From Chlorobiota bacterium (GTDB taxonomy: Bacteria > Bacteroidota > Ignavibacteria > Kapaibacteriales > UBA961), in contig JBDHXA010000003.1 of assembly GCA_039810485.1 (NCBI GenBank), positions 2,446-66,445 on the forward strand: a stretch of DNA of 64,000 nucleotides, written 5' to 3'. Shown piece by piece: positions 1 to 10,691 of this stretch (within the stretch, counting starts at the first letter, position 1; each line of letters begins with the position of its first letter). The translations under genes were made by a program, and so were the position numbers. The notes under the pieces were generated by a model. The model was not told the origin of the DNA. It searched no databases and saw only the letters and a list, made by a program, of their open reading frames with translations.

Positions 1-1091
1 GCACCGGCGTAAATGAATTAGTAAAAGCGCGTCATATTCTCATTAATTTCGGCAATAACAAAGACAGCGCAAAAGCCGTGGCAGAAGGGTTATTACGCAG
101 AGCTAAAAAAGGAGATGATTTTGGAAAGCTTGCTTCTGAATTTTCACAAGACAAAGGATCTGCAATGAAAGGCGGCGAATATGATTTCTTCCCACGCGGA
201 CGCATGGTAAAAGAATTTGAGGACGCCTGCTTTAATAATCCACCTGGCAGCATTGTCGGACCTGTAGAAACTCAATACGGCTATCATATCATCAAAGTTG
301 AGGATAAAAATTCAACTGAAATTAAATACAGCCAAATCGAATTAAATATAAACGTTAGCAAAGCAACCAAAAAAGAAATTCAGCGCACGGCCTTATCGTT
401 GAAACAGCTTGTAGAGCAAGGCACTCCAATAGATTCAGTAGCAAAACAAAATAAGAAAAACAGCATTGAAACAGCTTTCTTTGAAAAAAACGCTCCTGTT
501 CTTGGCTCTCGCTGGCTAACAACGTTTGCTTTTGAAAATCCCGTTGGCAAAGTTAGCGAAGTGAAGGAAGTAAAAAATTACGGTTATGTTGTGGCGCAAG
601 TGTCTGAAACTAGGGAAGATGGCATAAAACCGTTAAGCGATGTTAAAGAAGAAATAAAAGATAAACTGCTTCAAGTTAAAAAAGTAAAATCACTAGAAGG
701 CAAAGCTAAGGAACTGTATGCCAAGATTCAAGGAAAAGATATTTTGGCGCGTGCATCCGAGGTTGATCCTTCGCTTCAAATTCGCACCGCGACAGCAGTA
801 CGAGATAATGGCGTCGTTATGGGAGTGGGCAACGATCCATATTTTACTGCCGCTGCTTTTTTGGCTCCCGTTGGTAAAATATACGGACCCGTTAGAGGCG
901 AGCGCGGATATTATATTCTACAAGTAACAAATCGCAAAGATGCGGACACATCAAAATTCGTGGCTGAAAGTGCTAATATAATCAAGCAACTGCAACAAGC
1001 CGGGAAAAATCAGGCATATTATCAATGGCTTTCAGGAGCAAAGGAATCTGCCAAGATTGTAGATAATCGCGATAAATACTTCCGCGAGTAA
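1..1091 (+). CDS. Peptidyl-prolyl cis-trans isomerase, parvulin (PpiC) type, PpiD/SurA-like. The 5' end is cut by the window edge: the reading frame is open upstream of the GTG at 78.
   Basis: A parvulin domain is readable from ARHILI through GYHIIKV, with a long C-terminal extension. The frame stays open from position 3, so 78 is not the true start. Confidence 0.7.
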   Translation, partial: TGVNELVKARHILINFGNNKDSAKAVAEGLLRRAKKGDDFGKLASEFSQDKGSAMKGGEYDFFPRGRMVKEFEDACFNNPPGSIVGPVETQYGYHIIKVEDKNSTEIKYSQIELNINVSKATKKEIQRTALSLKQLVEQGTPIDSVAKQNKKNSIETAFFEKNAPVLGSRWLTTFAFENPVGKVSEVKEVKNYGYVVAQVSETREDGIKPLSDVKEEIKDKLLQVKKVKSLEGKAKELYAKIQGKDILARASEVDPSLQIRTATAVRDNGVVMGVGNDPYFTAAAFLAPVGKIYGPVRGERGYYILQVTNRKDADTSKFVAESANIIKQLQQAGKNQAYYQWLSGAKESAKIVDNRDKYFRE

Positions 1092-1167
1092 TATAAAGCC
1101 ATATTGGTTGCTTGGCATATATTTAAAAAATTAAGGATAAATCAACGAAAAATATTGTAAGACACTT

Positions 1168-2238
1168 GTGATTTTACAGCTATACATCAATATGATAAAA
1201 CAACTTATAAACTCGTCGAATGCCGGCGTAATGATTATCATTTGTGCGGCAATATTGCTGAACAGCTGTACAAAAAAAGCTGATCCTACCACAATTACCG
1301 GAATGACAACCTATACTGATTCCGTCAGGAAATTTTCACTGTTATATCCTTCTAATTGGAAAGCGAGAATTTTTAAAAGCGATAGGATTATAATCAATTC
1401 TGACACTACCAGAGCGGGAAGCGTGCGATTTACCGATTTTACGACTGAAGGTTCGCCAGCTGCTCAAATTATCCTTAGAGCCATCAAATCTGATGGACGC
1501 TCTCTCGATTCAATTATGCGCGATACGCGGATTTTTGAAGATAAGATTTATAAAGTTGAAAATTCTACGCTCGACGGTGCAAAAGCTATAAAAGTAACGT
1601 ATGAATTTCCGCTTGAAGACGGACTATTCAAAGGTGAGCAGTATTTTGCAATGAAAGACACCGCTACAGCCACAATGTTGTCATTCGACGCTTTTGCAAG
1701 TACTTTCGATAGATACCGAGCTAATTTTGACAAGATACTGCAATCTGTAAAACTTGCAGAAACATACATTCCAGCGTCGCAGAAAGCAGACACAATTATT
1801 CAGCAGGCCGAGCCACAGCCGCCATCTACAACTACACGTACAATTACAGGCACTGGTTTTTCTATTGCCATTCCAGATAATTTTAGAGGCGAGCGTGGAA
1901 AAGTAGTAGGCACTCTCTATACCGTAAATTATGTGGGTGATCGTCTTGACTGTTCAATTCAAGTTGATGTGTTTGATGCTTCAAAACAATCAAAACTTGA
2001 AAAGATAGTTGATGACAATAAAGCGCGTTATAAAGCAACAAATTCAACTTCAACTACACTTGGCGGCGTTAAAGCATACTCTATAAATTACTCGTTTGTT
2101 AAAGATGTCAATAGCCGTGTTTATTTTGCTATAAAGGGCGGCAAGATGTTCAGAGTAACAATCAACTGGTTCAAGCCAAAAGAAGCAGAGTATTTGCCAG
2201 TATTTGAGAGATCTGTTGCATCGGTAAAATTGGACTGA
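1168..2238 (+). CDS. Hypothetical lipoprotein
   Basis: The N-terminal hydrophobic segment ends in a lipobox-like LLNSC. No recognisable catalytic motifs. Confidence 0.5.
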   Translation: MILQLYINMIKQLINSSNAGVMIIICAAILLNSCTKKADPTTITGMTTYTDSVRKFSLLYPSNWKARIFKSDRIIINSDTTRAGSVRFTDFTTEGSPAAQIILRAIKSDGRSLDSIMRDTRIFEDKIYKVENSTLDGAKAIKVTYEFPLEDGLFKGEQYFAMKDTATATMLSFDAFASTFDRYRANFDKILQSVKLAETYIPASQKADTIIQQAEPQPPSTTTRTITGTGFSIAIPDNFRGERGKVVGTLYTVNYVGDRLDCSIQVDVFDASKQSKLEKIVDDNKARYKATNSTSTTLGGVKAYSINYSFVKDVNSRVYFAIKGGKMFRVTINWFKPKEAEYLPVFERSVASVKLD

Positions 2239-2306
2239 CATATTACAACATTTCTTATGCAAGGGCAGATGGTTTTCTCCATTTGCCCTTGTTTCGTAGA
2301 TAATCT

Positions 2307-3245
2307 ATGGATGTTTTGAAACCTCAATATTTACGATCTGGAGCAACTATTGGAATAATTGCGCCGGCTTCGCCGCAGCGAGATGATTTGCGATTAGAAA
2401 GAGGCGTGCGCTATCTCGAACGGCTGGGTTTTCGAGTAGAGTTAGGAAAGAACGTGCATGGAAAATATGGCGGATACTTGGCTGGAACAGATGCCGAGCG
2501 CTGTGCCGACATTGAGGGAATGTTTGCAAATAAAGATATTTCTGCAATTATTTGTTCGAGAGGTGGCTATGGAACTCCTCGTATATTGAATAGTTTAAAT
2601 TATCGCACAATTGCAAAGAATCCTAAAATATTTGTTGGCTTTTCTGATGTAACAGCTTTGCAATCAGCTGTTTTTCTTCGTACAGGATTGATTACTTTTT
2701 CAGGCGCTATGGTTTCGGCAGATATGGCCGATGTATTCGACGAGGAATCGGAATCACAATTTTGGCAGATTTTGACAGAGCCAATCGAGAATAGGCTAAT
2801 CACACAAAGCATAACACTTGAATCGCTGCAGAATGGAATTGCGCAAGGTCGACTTCTTTGTGGCAATCTTTCGATGATGGTTGGCTTGCTGGGAACGCCG
2901 TTTGCGCCGGAATGGGAAAATTCAATCGTATTATTAGAAGATATTGGCGAAGCTCCATATAGAATTGATAGAAATCTCATGCATCTTGAAAATGCAGGAG
3001 TTTGGAATAAACTCAATGGGTTATGTTTTGGACAATTTACGCAAACTGATTCAACGCCGGTTTCTGTTCCGCAACGAGATGTAACGGATGTACTTGCTGA
3101 ATATGCTGCTCGAGCTGCTCTTCCTTCACTTGGAAATGTAATGTACGGTCATACAGCCAAGAAGCTAACTTTGCCTTTTGGCAGCTTAGTGCAAATTGAT
3201 TCAGAAAATTGCAAGATTAAAATTACTGAATCTGTTGTGGTTTAA
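2307..3245 (+). CDS. ldcA: LD-carboxypeptidase (muramoyltetrapeptide carboxypeptidase, peptidase S66)
   Basis: Matches the S66 family: GIIAPAS near the N-terminus, FVGFSDVTAL (the serine nucleophile region), GYGTPRIL, and a conserved C-terminal histidine region. Confidence 0.75.
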   Translation: MDVLKPQYLRSGATIGIIAPASPQRDDLRLERGVRYLERLGFRVELGKNVHGKYGGYLAGTDAERCADIEGMFANKDISAIICSRGGYGTPRILNSLNYRTIAKNPKIFVGFSDVTALQSAVFLRTGLITFSGAMVSADMADVFDEESESQFWQILTEPIENRLITQSITLESLQNGIAQGRLLCGNLSMMVGLLGTPFAPEWENSIVLLEDIGEAPYRIDRNLMHLENAGVWNKLNGLCFGQFTQTDSTPVSVPQRDVTDVLAEYAARAALPSLGNVMYGHTAKKLTLPFGSLVQIDSENCKIKITESVVV

Positions 3246-3331
3246 TAAAATTTGGCGGATTCAACATTAAAGTGCAACACATTTGTAATTATTTTCTAGA
3301 CTAGACAAATTTTATTACTGATTCAGACAAC

Positions 3332-4036
3332 TTACCGAACAATGCCTAAACGACCAAATCTAACGTCATTATTATCCGACAATGACCAATAAATCAAAAT
3401 CGGAACGCCATAGGCTGCGCTTTCGGGCAGCAATCCCCATAACCTTGAGTCGTAACTGTTTGCATAATTATCTCCCACAACAAAACAATAATTCTGCGTC
3501 AAAGCATATTTTACGGCAGGATTTCCGTCAATAAAAATAATTCTGTTTTTTAAAATTATTTCATGACCTTCGCGCACGATAATTGGATGCCATATTTTCT
3601 CATTTTCAGGAGATAATTCCAGAATCGTTCCTTTACGTGGAATTACAAACATCGAATCGCCAAAAAGTTCTGCGGTACGCGCTGAAGGCAGCTGCGTAGA
3701 ACGTCCATTAATAAATAATGTATCTTCTTTTACAGAAAGAGTGTCGCCTGATAGAGCTTTTATCCTCTTAATAAACGAAACGCCGTTTTCATAAGAATTG
3801 TAGGCGGCAGCGTCAAGAGGAAGATGAAAAATTACCGGTTTTCCAACGGCAATAGAAGGGAATAATTTGCACGCGAAAACAAAATCGCCCGGAATTAGTG
3901 TCGGCGACATTGAATCGGAGGCAACTCTATCAAAATCAGCAACAAATGTTTTGGCAAAGATTATGCAGAAAACACAAGAAATAGCAGCGTAGATAAAGTA
4001 ACGCAAAAAATGCGCCTTATGAGTTGATGAACACAC
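3332..4036 (-). CDS. lepB: Signal peptidase I (S26)
   Basis: An N-terminal TM segment, the SMSPTL box (catalytic Ser), and GDNYANSYDSRLWG, the conserved box E of type I signal peptidases. Confidence 0.8.
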   Translation of the reverse strand: MCSSTHKAHFLRYFIYAAISCVFCIIFAKTFVADFDRVASDSMSPTLIPGDFVFACKLFPSIAVGKPVIFHLPLDAAAYNSYENGVSFIKRIKALSGDTLSVKEDTLFINGRSTQLPSARTAELFGDSMFVIPRKGTILELSPENEKIWHPIIVREGHEIILKNRIIFIDGNPAVKYALTQNYCFVVGDNYANSYDSRLWGLLPESAAYGVPILIYWSLSDNNDVRFGRLGIVR

Positions 4037-4104
4037 GATATATAATGAAGCGGCTATTTTGCTGTCAGGAAGTTAAAATATCTTCACAGCCAATTTGCAG
4101 ATAA

Positions 4105-5127
4105 TTAATATCTTTTGCTTTTTATCAATACATTTTGGAACTCTGTCAAATTTTCAAGCACTTTTCCAGTGCCACGGGCAACAGCGGAAAGTGGGTCTTC
4201 AGCCACATGAACAGGCAAATTTGTTTCACGCCGAATCAATTCATCAAGACCTTTCAACATTGCTCCTCCACCAGTTAGCATTATGCCTCTATCGAAAATA
4301 TCTGCCGAAAGCTCGGCGGGAGTTTTCTCAAGCAATGTGCGTATTGCCTCGACTATAACGCGCACCGACTCTGAAAGCGAATCGCGTATATCAACAGAGC
4401 TAACCACAATTTGCTCAGGAATTCCGGAAAGGAGATTGCGTCCTCGCACTTCAATTTCTAGCTCCTCAGGCAAAGGAAATGCAGAGCCGACCTCACATTT
4501 GATAATTTCAGCAGTCCGCTCTCCAATAAGTATATTATGCGTGCGCTTGAAATACTGAACAATAGAATTTGTCATTTCGTCGCCTGCAATGCGGATTGAT
4601 TCGTCAATCACAATGCCTGACAATGCAATTAGTGCAATTTCTGTTGTGCCGCCGCCAATATCAACAATCATATTTCCAACGGCCTCGCCTACATTCAACC
4701 CAATGCCGATAGCGGCTGCCATCGGTTCGGCAATAAGATACACTTCTTTCGCACCAGCATGTTCGGCACTGTCTCGAACCGCGCGTTTTTCTACTTCGGT
4801 AATGCCCGACGGCACACAAACAACCACGCGGCGCGCCGGCTGCCAGCTTGGCGACACTTTCCGAATAAAAGCGCGCAACATTCCTTCGGCAATTTCGAAA
4901 TCGGCAATTACGCCATCTTTTAACGGACGTATTGTTCGAATGTCGCGATGTGTGCGACCAAGCATGGTTTGTGCTTCGTGACCAATGGCGATTATGTGCT
5001 TTGTATTGCGGTCGTAGGCGACAATCGAGGGTTCATTCAGAACTACTCCCTTGCCTTTCATCCAAATAAGCGTATTGGCAGTTCCAAGATCTATGGCAAC
5101 ATCAGTAGAAAAAAGATTTAGACGCAT
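4105..5127 (-). CDS. mreB: Rod shape-determining protein MreB
   Basis: DVAIDLGTANTLIWMKGKGVVLNEPSIVA at the N-terminus and an actin-fold pattern throughout. Confidence 0.9.
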   Translation of the reverse strand: MRLNLFSTDVAIDLGTANTLIWMKGKGVVLNEPSIVAYDRNTKHIIAIGHEAQTMLGRTHRDIRTIRPLKDGVIADFEIAEGMLRAFIRKVSPSWQPARRVVVCVPSGITEVEKRAVRDSAEHAGAKEVYLIAEPMAAAIGIGLNVGEAVGNMIVDIGGGTTEIALIALSGIVIDESIRIAGDEMTNSIVQYFKRTHNILIGERTAEIIKCEVGSAFPLPEELEIEVRGRNLLSGIPEQIVVSSVDIRDSLSESVRVIVEAIRTLLEKTPAELSADIFDRGIMLTGGGAMLKGLDELIRRETNLPVHVAEDPLSAVARGTGKVLENLTEFQNVLIKSKRY

Positions 5128-5390
5128 GTAGAAAAAATTGAATAATAAATAGCGCTATTCATCTGAACTCGTAAGCGCAAACATTGTGCCTAAGCAGGAC
5201 ATTTATGAAGAATTATTACAAAAATCGTAAATATTGACGAACTAACCACCCTTTTACGACAAACATAACTGTATCTATTTTAAGCGTTCGACGATTCAGC
5301 GGATTGCGAATGAACGGTATTTTCTTGTATTGAGCTAATGTTCTTTTATGTTTCGCAAATGATATTCAAGAAGTAATCGCAATGGTATCT

Positions 5391-8147
5391 TTACCGATAC
5401 AAGGGATTTGCTCGTTTTTCGAGTTTTAGATCGCGAAGCTGCGACGCCTTAATGCCAAATCGCAGATAAAATCCTTGGTTGAAGCCCGATGGCGTCCAGT
5501 CGAATGTCAAATCCCAGCAATGCAAATCTTTGGTAATGTTAATTGATTGAACAAATAAGTTTTGTCCGATGACATCGAAATTAAATCGTCCGCCTATTCT
5601 CCATGTAGTTGTTGGCACAATTCCAAAATCTCCGCTTATGTCGAAACGGCGCGTAATTGCGCTTCCGACAGGCGAAAAATATGTAAAAGCAGCTGCAAGA
5701 TTTATTTGCCAAGGCATAGAAAAAGGAGTCCAGCCCGGACTGTTGTCGCCATACAAATCACATTCACTTTCGGTGTAATTAACTCGCGCCGCAAACCGTT
5801 CGCCTACGTTAGGACGCTTATTTGCTGTCGAATCGGATATGCCGCTGCTTTTTTCCTGCGCAGAGCCGTCACTACCAAAATGAGTGGATATATTCATAGA
5901 GAAATTAGTCAGACGCGCTAATCCTTTGCCCGAGCTTGCGAGAAATGAATTGATTTGCCGCTGAACGACTTGCCCAGAAAGTGAATCGAAAATCGGCGCA
6001 CTATCGTACAATGAAAACGATGCGCGACCATTGAAATTCAAAAAATCGAGCGCGGGAGTGCGAAAATCGGTTGAAATATCGCTAAATCTGAGAGAATCCT
6101 TTTCAAAGTCATAATTACCGGCAATATTAAAGCGCAAGAGGTCAATCTTTTTATCTTCGCTTGTATCTCCTTGAGCAATCTTGGCTTCAAAACTATTGGC
6201 AAATGAATATGTCAATTGCTGCGATGCCTTCGAGCTTGAAAAACCGCCGTCGCTTTCAAAGTGTGAATAATCAATGCTGCGACGATAAATCGAATCGTAG
6301 TATGAGCCGATATACGATGTGGTTCTTGATGAAAATTCAGGCGTATAGCGATAGCCGAAAGAGGGCTGAAAAGTGTGACGAAGAGCATTTATGCCGAATA
6401 TTCGCGGCTTCACCAAGCCAAACAAGCGAGTGCCAATATTGACGCCCATATCATAGCGATATTCACGCAAAGGCGCAACGCTGTACTCCATTGTATTTTC
6501 AATCAACGAGTCAGCAAGCCGCGAACGACTCAACTTCCGAAAATACCAATTCTCTCGATATGAAATACTTGGAGTTACCGAAAAATTGCCAAACTTTGGC
6601 GAAATTGAAATTGATGGCGAATGACTTATTGTAAAGTAACGTTCATCGCTTCTAAAAGATGTGTCGACTATATTCGAAACAGTATCGCGCAATGTCAGCA
6701 CTCGAACACGATTCAATGAATAATTGCCGGAAACGCTGTAGTTCATCCCTATATCGCGCAGCCAGCTGTCAGACGGCACATATTTTTTCAGGGGAAAAAT
6801 CTGCGGCACCGAATATGTGAGCGAAGGCGACATTTGCGATTCGTTCGTTATCAAATTTTGCGTGCGCGAAAACGCTGCCGACAGTGTGGAGCCATTATCG
6901 AACGACGTAGAAATCGAAGCATTTGAGTAGATCTGCTGCTGCAAACGCTTTGTAATATCAGTCGAAAAATTGCGATTGAAATCTTGTGATGAAAACGATA
7001 AATTTGCTGTGGCCGACGTTTGAGGTGTAAATTTTTGAGAATGCATCAAAGAAGCATTCCAACTATCTAACATTGGGTCGTCGGGCGTTGTGCGTCTCTT
7101 TCCAAAAGAAATTTGGAAATTTCCGTTCAAAACATCACGTTGCACATAACGAGTTGAATTTTTAAGCAAATACCCTGATTTGGTAAAAATGTCAACGCCA
7201 AATTGCGTATCATAATAATCGCTTAAAGCAAAATAATAGCCCATATTTTGGAATACAACGCCATTATTGCTCGAAAAGAAAAATGATGGAACCATCAATC
7301 CTGACTGTCTTCCGCCCCTATTTTCGAAGTAGAGACCAATCGGCAAGATAAATACCGGCAAATCTTCCACATACATAATCAGCGGATCAAAGAATATCCT
7401 ATCATTGGTTATCACTTTCATCTCTGGCGATCCAAAATAGAAATGCGGATGCGGCTTATCGCACGTCGTATAAGCGCCATTTTCTACAAAAAACGTTCGT
7501 TCGTCCATGCGTTTAACTTTCGAGCCGTAATAAAATCCATTTTCAACATTCGTTTCGCCAAGAGAAATTATGCCTTGTTTGGTTTTTAGATTAAAACTTA
7601 GCCGCTCGCCTGCAAATTCTTCTTTGCCGTCAACAAATTTCGGGAAACCGCTCCCTTTTCCGGCTGAATCACGAACTCCCTGCGCTGAGAGTATGGTTTC
7701 ATCGAATGACATTTCAATGATTTCAGCAGAAAGTTTTTGATTTTTCATCGTAATATTTGCATCGCCGCGCAGACGCATTTTTTTTGAGCTTAGCGTAAAG
7801 ATCGCCGAATCTTTTGCCTGATAAACAATGATAGTGTCAATAGATTGTCGAACTAGTTTTGATGCAGAATCAACAGCAGCAACAAGGAGTTTTTTTTCAA
7901 CTGTATCTCGCAAATGTGCAGAATCTGCCAATACTTTCTGCGTATTTGTTGGCTGGGAGTTAATCGGCGGAATTGTGTCGGTAGTCAAGAGCAGTTTTGT
8001 TTTTGCTTTCGCCTTTGTTTTCTTTTTGGCCGAATTCGCGGATTGCTGCAAAGAGGCCTTTGTTTGTGTATCGGACGCTTTCTGCTGCGCAAAGAGCGAA
8101 CCAACAAACAGCATAAATATCGCTACAACACGCAGAATACTTTTCAT
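5391..8147 (-). CDS. Large outer-membrane protein, LptD (OstA)-like LPS-assembly protein
   Basis: 918 aa with a signal peptide, a Lys-rich linker, an OstA-like N-terminal beta-jellyroll region and a long C-terminal region rich in aromatic and Gly residues consistent with a beta-barrel. The call rests on size and architecture only. Confidence 0.45.
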   Translation of the reverse strand: MKSILRVVAIFMLFVGSLFAQQKASDTQTKASLQQSANSAKKKTKAKAKTKLLLTTDTIPPINSQPTNTQKVLADSAHLRDTVEKKLLVAAVDSASKLVRQSIDTIIVYQAKDSAIFTLSSKKMRLRGDANITMKNQKLSAEIIEMSFDETILSAQGVRDSAGKGSGFPKFVDGKEEFAGERLSFNLKTKQGIISLGETNVENGFYYGSKVKRMDERTFFVENGAYTTCDKPHPHFYFGSPEMKVITNDRIFFDPLIMYVEDLPVFILPIGLYFENRGGRQSGLMVPSFFFSSNNGVVFQNMGYYFALSDYYDTQFGVDIFTKSGYLLKNSTRYVQRDVLNGNFQISFGKRRTTPDDPMLDSWNASLMHSQKFTPQTSATANLSFSSQDFNRNFSTDITKRLQQQIYSNASISTSFDNGSTLSAAFSRTQNLITNESQMSPSLTYSVPQIFPLKKYVPSDSWLRDIGMNYSVSGNYSLNRVRVLTLRDTVSNIVDTSFRSDERYFTISHSPSISISPKFGNFSVTPSISYRENWYFRKLSRSRLADSLIENTMEYSVAPLREYRYDMGVNIGTRLFGLVKPRIFGINALRHTFQPSFGYRYTPEFSSRTTSYIGSYYDSIYRRSIDYSHFESDGGFSSSKASQQLTYSFANSFEAKIAQGDTSEDKKIDLLRFNIAGNYDFEKDSLRFSDISTDFRTPALDFLNFNGRASFSLYDSAPIFDSLSGQVVQRQINSFLASSGKGLARLTNFSMNISTHFGSDGSAQEKSSGISDSTANKRPNVGERFAARVNYTESECDLYGDNSPGWTPFSMPWQINLAAAFTYFSPVGSAITRRFDISGDFGIVPTTTWRIGGRFNFDVIGQNLFVQSINITKDLHCWDLTFDWTPSGFNQGFYLRFGIKASQLRDLKLEKRANPLYR

Positions 8148-8272
8148 TCCGAAAATTACAAATCAATTGAGAGCAAGAAGAAAAAAATACTTTCTAAATT
8201 TAAAAGCGGCTGACTTAATCGCTTGCAGAAATAATTTATGATAATTTCAGAACTTCTAACCGTATAATTTTT

Positions 8273-9565
8273 CTATGTATTTATAGTTTCATACTCAGCT
8301 CGCAACAGCAATTCTTCTTCCGGCTGAAGCTCTTTTGCGCGCCGTTTCATCACAGTGCGCGCCACGTCGAGGGCGCGGTCAATCTGATAACGCGGAGAAT
8401 CTGAAGCGCCACCGAATGAAAAAGACGGAATTACCGAGGGAGCGTAATCCGGTCCTAATACTGATGATGAAACACCGGCAACTGTTCCTGTGGCAAACAT
8501 TGTATTAATGCCGCTTTTTGTATGATCGCCACATAAAAGACCGAGCATAATTCTTCCGGTTGGCACTCGTTTTCCGGCAAGACGCACTATGATTGGAGAA
8601 TACGTGTTTTTTAAATCGGATGTATTTGTATCGGCTCCCAGATTTACCCATTCGCCCAAATATGAATGTCCCAGAAAACCGTCATGCTGTTTATTGGAAT
8701 ATCCTTGAACAATAGAATTTTCCACTTCTCCGCCAATTTTGCAATAATCGCCAAAACTTGTTTCGCCATAAATTTTTGCTCCGATTTTGACGAGCGAATT
8801 TTGTCCGATGGCGCATGGACCAACAATAACAGAATTTGCCATAATTCGAGCTTTTTCCGATATTATAATTGGACCTTCTGAAGCATCTAATATCACGCCG
8901 GGAGATATTTCTACATTTTCAGCAACATATATTGCAGTTTCATTGATTCCATAGATTGATTTAGTACTATCAGAATGAAACGGCGGAATATTTTCAAGAA
9001 CTTTTACATCTTCAGCTATTGCGCGACCATTCTGCGCAAGCGCATCCCAAAGATAATTCAAAGTTACAGCCGATGTTTCAATTATTTCAGAGCAATATTT
9101 TGAGACAGTTTCTATTATTTCCTCAAAATATCTGTCTCCGTCATTATCAAGCATTTGCTTGGCGCAGTGAAGTGCGTTCTCTCCTTTGAGAATTGCTCCT
9201 GCAATGTTGCCGGCATCGTTTCGAAAGCAAATATTCTTGTCAGATTGTTTCGCGGCAGTCAGCAATGTGCCAGCCAACTCCGCATTGAGCAGAAGATTGC
9301 CGGAAACAATGATTAAAATTTCGGCTTCATACAACGGCAAATTTTGAGATGTAGTGTTTGACTGTTTTTTTTGACGGGCAATAAACGATTGCAGATGGTT
9401 TTTTCTCCCTATATAATGCAGCGAACACAATGGAAAATAACGCTCATATTTCTCAAATAATCGAGATGCACCACATCGCAGCTCCCAACTGCAGTGCATA
9501 ATAGAAAAAGGGTGTAAATTACTCGTTGAGAGCGGTTCTGCAAGAAGAATAGAGATATGATTCAT
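8273..9565 (-). CDS. Putative sugar-phosphate nucleotidyltransferase with a C-terminal left-handed beta-helix (GlmU-like, TIGR03991-type)
   Basis: Hexapeptide (LbH) repeats in the C-terminal half and a WELRCG-type N-terminal motif reminiscent of the FCB-group alternative GlmU-like family. The likely start is the M of MNHISILL. The ORF track extends to 9586. Confidence 0.45.
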   Translation of the reverse strand: MNHISILLAEPLSTSNLHPFSIMHCSWELRCGASRLFEKYERYFPLCSLHYIGRKNHLQSFIARQKKQSNTTSQNLPLYEAEILIIVSGNLLLNAELAGTLLTAAKQSDKNICFRNDAGNIAGAILKGENALHCAKQMLDNDGDRYFEEIIETVSKYCSEIIETSAVTLNYLWDALAQNGRAIAEDVKVLENIPPFHSDSTKSIYGINETAIYVAENVEISPGVILDASEGPIIISEKARIMANSVIVGPCAIGQNSLVKIGAKIYGETSFGDYCKIGGEVENSIVQGYSNKQHDGFLGHSYLGEWVNLGADTNTSDLKNTYSPIIVRLAGKRVPTGRIMLGLLCGDHTKSGINTMFATGTVAGVSSSVLGPDYAPSVIPSFSFGGASDSPRYQIDRALDVARTVMKRRAKELQPEEELLLRAEYETINT

Positions 9566-9582
9566 GGGCTTGCTTCTTTTAC

Positions 9583-9903
9583 TCATGTCTTTCTGTTTCC
9601 ACGCAATGCTTTTTCTGTCGCCATGAGATACGATACATATTCTGAGCGGGCCGCATTGTCGGGTATTCTATTGTTATTCTTACACCATTCAGCAAAAATG
9701 TCGGTTGTAACCGCCACCTTTTTCACTTTTACTCCTTTAGATTCAAGATCTTTCGTAAGATTCCAAGCCATGAGCATCCAATCCTCGTACGTAGCTGTAA
9801 GCGCATTAGTATCGGCGGCAATCTCGCGCATTTTTTGCCACTCCTCGCGAGTAAGCCATGTCATTCCGTAAACGGTTTGGGTTTGATTTTTGCTTTTTTT
9901 CAT
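9583..9903 (-). CDS. Hypothetical small protein (106 aa), located immediately upstream of the nucleotidyltransferase gene
   Basis: The ORF has a coding-like composition. Its stop overlaps or abuts the start of the downstream gene on the same strand. No recognisable domain. Confidence 0.4.
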   Translation of the reverse strand: MKKSKNQTQTVYGMTWLTREEWQKMREIAADTNALTATYEDWMLMAWNLTKDLESKGVKVKKVAVTTDIFAEWCKNNNRIPDNAARSEYVSYLMATEKALRGNRKT

Positions 9904-10036
9904 CGTTTTTTTTGTTGATTGTCAGAATAGAATACTGCAAAAATATAGCAATTCAAAACAGAAATTTGAATTGTATAAACAAATTAAGGCGCGTCTATTC
10001 GCCTCTTTATTGTAAAATTTGGTTACTCAATAAAAT

Positions 10037-10660
10037 TCAAAGCATTATAGCTCCGGCGCGAGCATTTGTGGCGGATGTAATTGCTTTGCAGCATTCTTCG
10101 GCATCCGATTGAAGCACATCAACCGTAAATTCGGCCACATCACGATAATCAGCAGTATATTTTACGCTGTATTTCTCAATCAGCGATTTAACAATGGCAA
10201 TATCTTCGTAAATGCACAGCACTCGAATAGATGAAGTGCGATAAATAGGTTTTTTTTCAATAATATCGAGAGCCATACTAGCGCTTTCTGAATATGCCCG
10301 CGCCAAACCGCCAACGCCTAATTTTGTGCCGCCGAAATAGCGTGTTACCACCAACAACACATCGCTGACATCGTATTTTTGCAACATAAAAAGTATTGGC
10401 TTGCCGGCGCTGCCCGACGGTTCTCCGTCGTCGGCTGCACGAAAATCGAGCCCGTCGAATCCCAGACGGTATGCAAAGCAATTATGCGTTGCATCGTAGA
10501 ATTCTTTGCGAACATCGTCCAATCGCTGCAAAGCTTGGCTTTTGTCGGCTGCCGGAAGCACAGTTGCCGTAAAGCGTGAACCTTTTACTTTCAGTTCGGC
10601 GCGTTTAACATCAGCAATAGTATAATAAACGTCAGTTACATTATTCGGCTTATCTTGCAT
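10037..10660 (-). CDS. yigZ: IMPACT/YigZ family protein (UPF0029)
   Basis: GSRFTA, HNCFAYRLG and GEPSGSAGKPIL are characteristic of the YigZ/IMPACT N-terminal domain. Confidence 0.75.
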   Translation of the reverse strand: MQDKPNNVTDVYYTIADVKRAELKVKGSRFTATVLPAADKSQALQRLDDVRKEFYDATHNCFAYRLGFDGLDFRAADDGEPSGSAGKPILFMLQKYDVSDVLLVVTRYFGGTKLGVGGLARAYSESASMALDIIEKKPIYRTSSIRVLCIYEDIAIVKSLIEKYSVKYTADYRDVAEFTVDVLQSDAEECCKAITSATNARAGAIML

Positions 10661-10691
10661 ATATGTTTCACACTCCGTATAAAATTACTGC

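Noticed and set aside
718-927. 69-aa ORF inside the PPIase gene in another frame
   Set aside because: It is fully nested in a supported CDS on the same strand, so it is spurious.
4095-4981. Three plus-strand ORFs (4095-4358, 4283-4558, 4589-4981) antisense to mreB
   Set aside because: They lie entirely inside the strongly supported mreB CDS on the opposite strand. They are Ser/Arg-rich, an antisense artefact, and have no domain signatures.
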